From: a bacterium
GTDB taxonomy: Bacteria; Zhuqueibacterota; Zhuqueibacteria; Residuimicrobiales; Krinioviventaceae
NCBI GenBank assembly: GCA_963674595.2
Contig: CAXXFV010000023.1
Location: 32,001-96,000 of the forward strand
DNA: 64,000 nucleotides
Direction: 5' to 3'
Made by a program: the position numbers and the translations under genes. The notes under the pieces are model-generated. The model had not been told where the DNA came from and searched no databases. It saw only the letters and a program-made list of their open reading frames with translations. Shown piece by piece: positions 58,421-64,000 of the stretch. Numbering within the stretch: the first letter of the stretch is position 1; the number at the start of each line of letters is the position of its first letter.

Positions 58421-59908
58421 ATGAAAAATAATATAATTTCTCAACTTGCTGAATTCAGTGAGGATTTGGCGGATATAAAAAATTATAAAAGTATTGCTCA
58501 AAAGGCCATGGATTTTATCGAAAATAACTTTGATCCTGTAGTATGGTCCCTGATGCTTTTTGACGCACACGATTTTTCTTTTAAAGAAGAACAGTTTCGG
58601 GGAGTCAGGTTTTCCCGCACTGTCGATCCCTATATAAAATTATCCGGAGATGTCAACGCCAGTATCGCCCAGGGCGGAGAAGTGCTGGTGCTTCCGGACA
58701 AAAATGCCTTCCAGTTTTTAATGCTCTTTGATCAGGATTTGTATAATACCTGCGAGCTGCGATTTCCTTTTTCCATTGGTGAAAAATATTTGGGCGTGTT
58801 GAACCTGGGACCAAAACAGTCCGGTACCGATTTTACAGTCCAGGATATTGATGTGTTTCGCATTTTGGTTAATCTGGTTTCAAATGCCTGTCTGAACTGT
58901 TTTGAAACACTGGACAGGGATGAAGTAAGAACAGTCCCAAAAACCAAATCTTTCTCCACTTGTTGTTACAAAGTTAAAAACAGAAGCAGCGATTTTGACC
59001 TGCTGGGCAGCTCTGAAGCCATTCTGAAAATCAATCTGTTGATTGACAGGGTAGCTATTGAAGAAGTTCCGGTATTGATTACCGGTGAAAGCGGTACGGG
59101 AAAAGAGCTTGTAGCCCGGTCCATACACATGAAGAGCGGCCGAAACCAGAAGCAGCTTGTGGCCATGAACTGCGCTGCCTTGCCGGATTCTCTGGTGGAA
59201 AGTGAATTGTTTGGTCATGAAAAAGGGGCCTTTACCGGGGCCTTTGCGCAAAAAAAAGGCAAGTTTGAATATGCGCACCAGTCCACACTGTTTTTGGATG
59301 AAATCGGAGATATGAGTCTGCCGACCCAGGCAAAACTGCTGCGTGTGCTTAATGACGGACATTTTCAGCGAGTCGGTGGAAATCATTCCATGTTTTCCGA
59401 TGCGCGGGTTATTGCCGCAACAAACAAAGACCTGCGCACCAGCATGAAAGAGGGCGATTTTAGAGAAGATTTGTTTTACCGTATTAATGTTTTTCAAATT
59501 AATATTCCGCCGTTACGTGACCGAAACGACGACGTCATCATGCTTTCTGAACATTTTTTCCAATTTTTTAACAAACAATATCAACGCAAACTCGCCGGAT
59601 TTGATAAAACTGTTGTCGACTGGCTGCTGGGTTATGAATTTCCGGGGAATGTAAGGGAGTTGAAAAACATTATCGAACGCGCTGTTATCATGGAAACACA
59701 TAATAAAATTACGTTGGAGCAAATGCCGCATAGGGATGTTGTGCAAAAAGATCGTTCGGACACGCCACAGTCAAAACTGGCTGATCTTGAGCGGGAACAT
59801 ATTCTGGCTGTCATGCAGCAAGTGGATCATAACAAAAGCGCGGCCGCACGCATCCTGGGGATTGCCCGTAAAACACTTCGGGAAAAACTCGCCAAATATA
59901 ATATCTAG
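58421..59908 (+). CDS. Sigma54-dependent enhancer-binding protein (GAF-like + AAA+ + Fis HTH)
   Basis: GESGTGKE, ESELFGHEKGAFTGA, LFLDEIG, FREDLFYR, PGNVREL, NKSAAARILGI.R.TL; GAF-like N-terminus without a receiver Asp pocket. Confidence 0.93.
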   Translation: MKNNIISQLAEFSEDLADIKNYKSIAQKAMDFIENNFDPVVWSLMLFDAHDFSFKEEQFRGVRFSRTVDPYIKLSGDVNASIAQGGEVLVLPDKNAFQFLMLFDQDLYNTCELRFPFSIGEKYLGVLNLGPKQSGTDFTVQDIDVFRILVNLVSNACLNCFETLDRDEVRTVPKTKSFSTCCYKVKNRSSDFDLLGSSEAILKINLLIDRVAIEEVPVLITGESGTGKELVARSIHMKSGRNQKQLVAMNCAALPDSLVESELFGHEKGAFTGAFAQKKGKFEYAHQSTLFLDEIGDMSLPTQAKLLRVLNDGHFQRVGGNHSMFSDARVIAATNKDLRTSMKEGDFREDLFYRINVFQINIPPLRDRNDDVIMLSEHFFQFFNKQYQRKLAGFDKTVVDWLLGYEFPGNVRELKNIIERAVIMETHNKITLEQMPHRDVVQKDRSDTPQSKLADLEREHILAVMQQVDHNKSAAARILGIARKTLREKLAKYNI

Positions 59909-59953
59909 GTGGTACGAATCGTACCAGTTCAGGGTGGGGGATACGTACCAGTT
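59908..59953. promoter_or_regulatory. Tandem upstream activator sequences (enhancer)
   Basis: Perfect palindrome TGGTACGA-A-TCGTACCA (59910-59926) and a degenerate copy; CGTACCAGTT repeated 24 bp apart. Confidence 0.7.
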
Positions 59954-60052
59954 GCTGTACGTTTTTTGAATGCAATTCATAAAATAAAAAATTGTGTTGC
60001 TGTAAGTGCAATAAATACAATGATAAAATTTTTTTGATACTTTTTCCAATTA

Positions 60053-60067
60053 TGGCATGACGGTTGC
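60053..60067 (+). promoter_or_regulatory. Sigma54 (-24/-12) promoter
   Basis: TGGCATG-ACGG-TTGC matches TGGCACG-N4-TTGC. Confidence 0.85.
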
Positions 60068-60120
60068 CTGAACAAGGCTGTAAGAGAGAACAATTGGCAT
60101 TTTAATATTAGGAGTGTATC

Positions 60121-60537
60121 ATGTTTAAAAGATCATTGATTTTAAATTTATTGTTAACAGCTATTATCTGTTCCGTAGCATTTGGGCAGGCACATGCAAC
60201 AACAAAACCTTTGGATAAAAAAGACCAGGAATTAATACAATCACTACAGGATGATAATTTGGGTATTCGCACAAGTGCCGCACAGCTTCTTGGTGAAAGA
60301 GGTATAAAAGCCGCTGCCGATGATTTAATGGATATGTTGAAAAACGACAAAGAATATCGTGCACGCATAGTTGCCGGTATGGCCCTTTTGGAAATGGGCG
60401 CCGAAAACGCCTACGATTCTGTTAAACACCAGGCAGAACATGATAAAAACAAAACCGCACGAAATGTGTTACGCGGTGTTGTCAAACGTATGGAACGGGA
60501 ACAAAAAGTTACATTCGCAACTCCAGAAAATAATTAA
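60121..60537 (+). CDS. Small secreted HEAT-repeat protein
   Basis: AGGAG RBS; signal peptide; LIQSLQDDN..IRTSAAQLLGE, L..MLKND....ARIVAGMAL.EMG. Confidence 0.8.
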   Translation: MFKRSLILNLLLTAIICSVAFGQAHATTKPLDKKDQELIQSLQDDNLGIRTSAAQLLGERGIKAAADDLMDMLKNDKEYRARIVAGMALLEMGAENAYDSVKHQAEHDKNKTARNVLRGVVKRMEREQKVTFATPENN

Positions 60538-60545
60538 GCCGGAAA

Positions 60546-60575
60546 GGCCCCATGAAAATGGGGCCATTTTTGTTT
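60546..60575 (+). terminator. Intrinsic terminator
   Basis: GGCCCCAT-GAAA-ATGGGGCC followed by ATTTTTGTTT. Confidence 0.75.
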
Positions 60576-60617
60576 GGTTCGTCTTGTAATGCTGGTCTAG
60601 GGGAAATTAAAGTTATT

Positions 60618-63212
60618 TTATTTTAGTTTTTTTTCTACTCTATTTAATAACTTTAAATCGTCCTCTTCAGTAAAGGTTTCTTTGTTAATGTCTTGAATGA
60701 GTATTCTAATTGCTTCTTTTTTTCTTGAATCAGATATTTTAATTTTGTCAATGGTTTTAATAGCAAACAAAATATCTTCTTTATTATGAGAAACAAGCAA
60801 ATGTTTTATTTTTTCGGCAATTAAATTATGAATTACATTATCTGAGATTGATTCTGTTGAGAGAAATTCTATTAAACCAGTAAAATTGTAATCATTTTTA
60901 TCTAATTCCTTTAAAACTATTTTTATGCTTTTTCTTATTGCTTCTTGTGAAATTTCTGCTTCACGAAGTTTGTTGAATACCTCTACAAGCTCATCATAGT
61001 CTGCTTCATCTAGTGTTTCATTTATAATAACCTCTATAATTTCACTAGCCCCTAATTTATTAAGGACGCCTATTATATCCAGTTTAACATCGCTTGATAA
61101 TTTATTAACCTCTGTTTTAAAAGATTCTATTAATACCGGATTTTTCAATATTGTCGAAAGCCACTGAATTATAGTTTCCTTATTTTCTCCATTTATTAGG
61201 TTAATATAATTTCTAAAGATTTTCGATATCTGATTCTGATTTAAGCCATTGTCTTTTGTGGTTATTGAAAGCATTAAATTAATAGTTGATGCTATTTCTA
61301 TTTTCGTATCCCAATCGCTAACTTGAGTGAAACGTTCAATAACTTTTTGAGAAAATGGCCAATTATAAACTTCAAAATGATTTATGATATCTTTATAAAG
61401 GGTATTTATATATTGTATAATTTTATGTGATTCATTCCTAGAAAAGAAATTGTTTAACCAGGTTATTTGTTGATCGCTTTGAGATGATATATTTGTTACA
61501 TAATAAAGCTCTTTAATACTATTTGTTAGAATTAATAATGATTCTTGATATATGCTATTATTCCATGCTAAATTATAAGTAGACCAAAAATAATCATGCT
61601 TTGCTTGAAGAGTGTTATGAATATTTGTTGTTATTTCATCGTCATTAGTAAATTTTAGTAATATGCTTAACTCCTTTAACCAAAATGGAAGAGTTTTAAG
61701 ATCATTTATATTTTTAATAAAGCTTAATACCTTTATTAGATAATTTTCATATTGTTTGTTTGATAATCCATTGGATTTTGTTAAAATGGATATTATTTTA
61801 ACTTTGTATATATTTTCATCATCGTCAACGTTAACAGATATTTCATTTATAAATTGGTCAGTTAAGTTACTATTAATTAAATTTTTTACAACTTCATGAT
61901 TTGAAAGAATATCCTCTATTTCATTTATAAAATTGAAATCCTCTTTTATAAGTGAAATGAATTTAGGAGAAATTTGTTTATAATCTTTTGGGGATTCTTG
62001 AAAAGTACGGATGTACTGAATTAAAAGTTGTTTGCTTTTATTTTCGTTATTAATCGTCTCTATGACAGTTGGTTTTAAATGAGATGTTAGTGAATTGTTA
62101 TTTTTAATAAAATTAAGTAGTAATTTACTATCTAAATCTAATATTATTTTCTGAATATTTGAAGAATTAATAAAGTTTTTAAAGTTACCTAAAAATTTAC
62201 CCTTACCATATAAAAGATTATTAATATCTTCTTTGAGTATTGAATCAAGCGAAAGTTGAAACAAAAGATTTAAAATATTAACGATCGTTGTTTTAAACTC
62301 ACCTCTTCTAATTGCTTTTTCAAACTTTGTATCAATGAATTCAATTAGTTTAGAGCCTGTTAATTCTTTGTTTTCAATTTGTTGTTCAATGCTTTCAAAA
62401 TCATTTGATTCCACTAATTTATTTGTAATATCAGGAATATCTCTGAATGAGTCTTTAGTGTTAAAGAATAGTTCATAGTTAGTGTGGTTTGGTTTAATAT
62501 GTTCCGTTCTTCTGAAAAAGCGTATTTGTTCATCTTTCAACTTAATATCACTGATTTGTTGAATTTGGTGAAGGTCTTTTATCAATATAGGAGTTTCTTT
62601 TAAATTATTATAAATGTCTGGCCATTCTTCTCGAATAATCAACAGTTTTGTGAAAAATGCTAAATTATCTGTAATTGATTTATTCGGAATAATTTTACGT
62701 CCTTCCTGAAAATTTGCTAGTAATAACTCCGTTTGTAAGACATTTAAGAATTGAATTATTTTTCTGGGATTTTTTGAAAATTCTTGAGAAATAATGGATA
62801 TAACTTCTACAGGAAAGCCAAGTTTATATTCCTTATTTAGCGTTTTAGCAAAGTCAAACAAATCTCCTTCTGATATCCTTTTTATATAAATGGTTGTATT
62901 AAATAGTTTTCTGATGAACTCGTTTGGGTCATTACCACATTTTTCTATATGTTTTTTTATTTCGCTTTCATCAATTGGAATAATAAATATGACATTTTTT
63001 TGTTCCAAGAAATTTTTAATTGTTAGTAATAATTCAAATGCAAGGTCCTTATGGCATCTATCGATATTATCAATAACAATTACTATTTTTTCGATATTTT
63101 CTTTCTTATTGCTTATAATGCTGTTTAGCCATTGCCATTTAATTTTTTGTTTATTGGTTAAACTGTTTATAATTTCTGTAATACTTATCTTTGAACTTGA
63201 GAAAAGGGCCAA
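60618..63212 (-). pseudogene. KAP-family P-loop NTPase, 5'-truncated by IS insertion
   Basis: Walker B IVIVIDNIDRC, EFIRKLFN, NPRKIIQFLN; no Walker A and no RBS; very AT-rich; abuts the IS. Confidence 0.8.
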
Positions 63213-63250
63213 AAATATTAAATTAGTCTATTATGAAAAATGGAGGCCCA

Positions 63251-63556
63251 ATGAGCAAACGAAGACGCTTTACTGCTGAAGAAAAAGTCCAAATTTTAAG
63301 AGAACATTTAGAAAATAAGATCAGCATATCCGAAATAGCTAAACAATATAATATTCATCCTGTAGTTATACACAGATGGAAAAAAGAGCTCTTTGAAAAT
63401 GCGCTTGACGGTTTTTCCGGCAAACATAAAAAGCGTAAAGGAAAATCTGTCAAAGAAGAACGTCTTGAAACCAAAGTCAGCAAAATGCAGGAAGTCATCA
63501 CCGAACTCTCCACAGAGGTCGTTGATTTGCGAAAAAAGTATTTTGGGGCAACCTGA
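63251..63556 (+). CDS. IS3-family transposase OrfA
   Basis: TGGAGG RBS; MSKRRRFTAEEKVQIL...ISEIAKQYNIHP..IHRWKKE HTH and coiled-coil tail. Confidence 0.88.
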   Translation: MSKRRRFTAEEKVQILREHLENKISISEIAKQYNIHPVVIHRWKKELFENALDGFSGKHKKRKGKSVKEERLETKVSKMQEVITELSTEVVDLRKKYFGAT

Positions 63557-64000
63557 AAAAGACATGGGTTGCTCCTGATGTTAGAGATGATGTTTTGTCT
63601 TCTCTGCAAACGTTAACGGCAAAGACCGGTGTTCCTTTGAGTTTATTACTCAAGACCATTGGTTTGTCCTGGACCCGGTACTATGACTGGCAAAAACGTT
63701 TTGGTCAACCAAATCAACATAACAGCGACACACCTCGCAGCTTTTGGCTGGAACCGTGGGAGTGTCAACGTATCATAAAATACAAAAAGGAACATATGCA
63801 GATCGGCTATAAACGACTGACCTATATGATGCTTGATGAAAATGTTGTTGCTGTGAGCCCGTCAACGACCTATCGTATTCTGCGGAACGCCGGACTCACA
63901 AGTCAATGGAATAACAGTACGTTACAATCAAATAAGAAAGGCTTTATTCAACCCAAAAGACCGCATCAGCATTGGCATATAGATATTTCCTATATTGCCT
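63538..64000 (+). CDS. IS3-family transposase OrfB (DDE integrase), partial
   Basis: Open -1 frame not in the ORF track: VFWGNLKKTWVAPDVRD...YYDW...GYKRLTYMMLD...SPSTTYRILR...PHQHWHIDISYI (first catalytic Asp). Confidence 0.85.

Larger units (their letters stand above)
63192..64000 (+). mobile_element. IS3-family insertion sequence, partial (left end uncertain, between 63192 and about 63234)
   Basis: orfA HTH plus orfB in the -1 frame with a slippery heptamer; continues beyond the window. Confidence 0.8.

Noticed and set aside
58880-59497. 205-aa antisense ORF
   Set aside because: Shadow of the conserved sigma54 AAA+ domain.
59990-60040. IHF site between enhancer and sigma54 promoter
   Set aside because: AT-rich and correctly placed, but no clean WATCAA-N4-TTR match, so not called.

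Overview
Bacterial genomic window (roughly 40% GC by eye). A secreted protein ending in the YPNPFNP...WNGLDDSG FlgD-Ig/T9SS-type domain, a PorV-like gene, an RprXY-like two-component pair and DUF4954/DUF5020 point to an FCB-superphylum organism such as KSB1 or Calditrichota (inference). Contents: a partial GT-C glycosyltransferase (1-556); a ~20 kb SusD-less carbohydrate-utilisation locus (778-20730) whose large secreted beta-helix protein has a nearly identical internal 1149-bp duplication; PorV-like and RAYT genes; further sugar, sulfatase and oxidoreductase genes; a two-component system divergent from a PDZ / MFP-hairpin-NEW3 / ABC-2 operon, with four phased TAAC boxes between them; a palindromic miniature repeat; DUF4954-nagB; a DUF169 gene next to a cysteine desulfurase with a TusE/DsrC-like N-terminal fusion; GH3; NCS2 + DUF5020; a K+ channel - sigma54 activator - enhancer - sigma54 promoter - secreted HEAT protein module; and an AT-rich KAP NTPase cut by an IS3-family element with an A_AAA_AAG frameshift site. 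Three genes are broken at homopolymer runs, most likely long-read indel errors. No rRNA, tRNA or CRISPR array was seen. All family calls come from motif recognition by eye, not from database searches.
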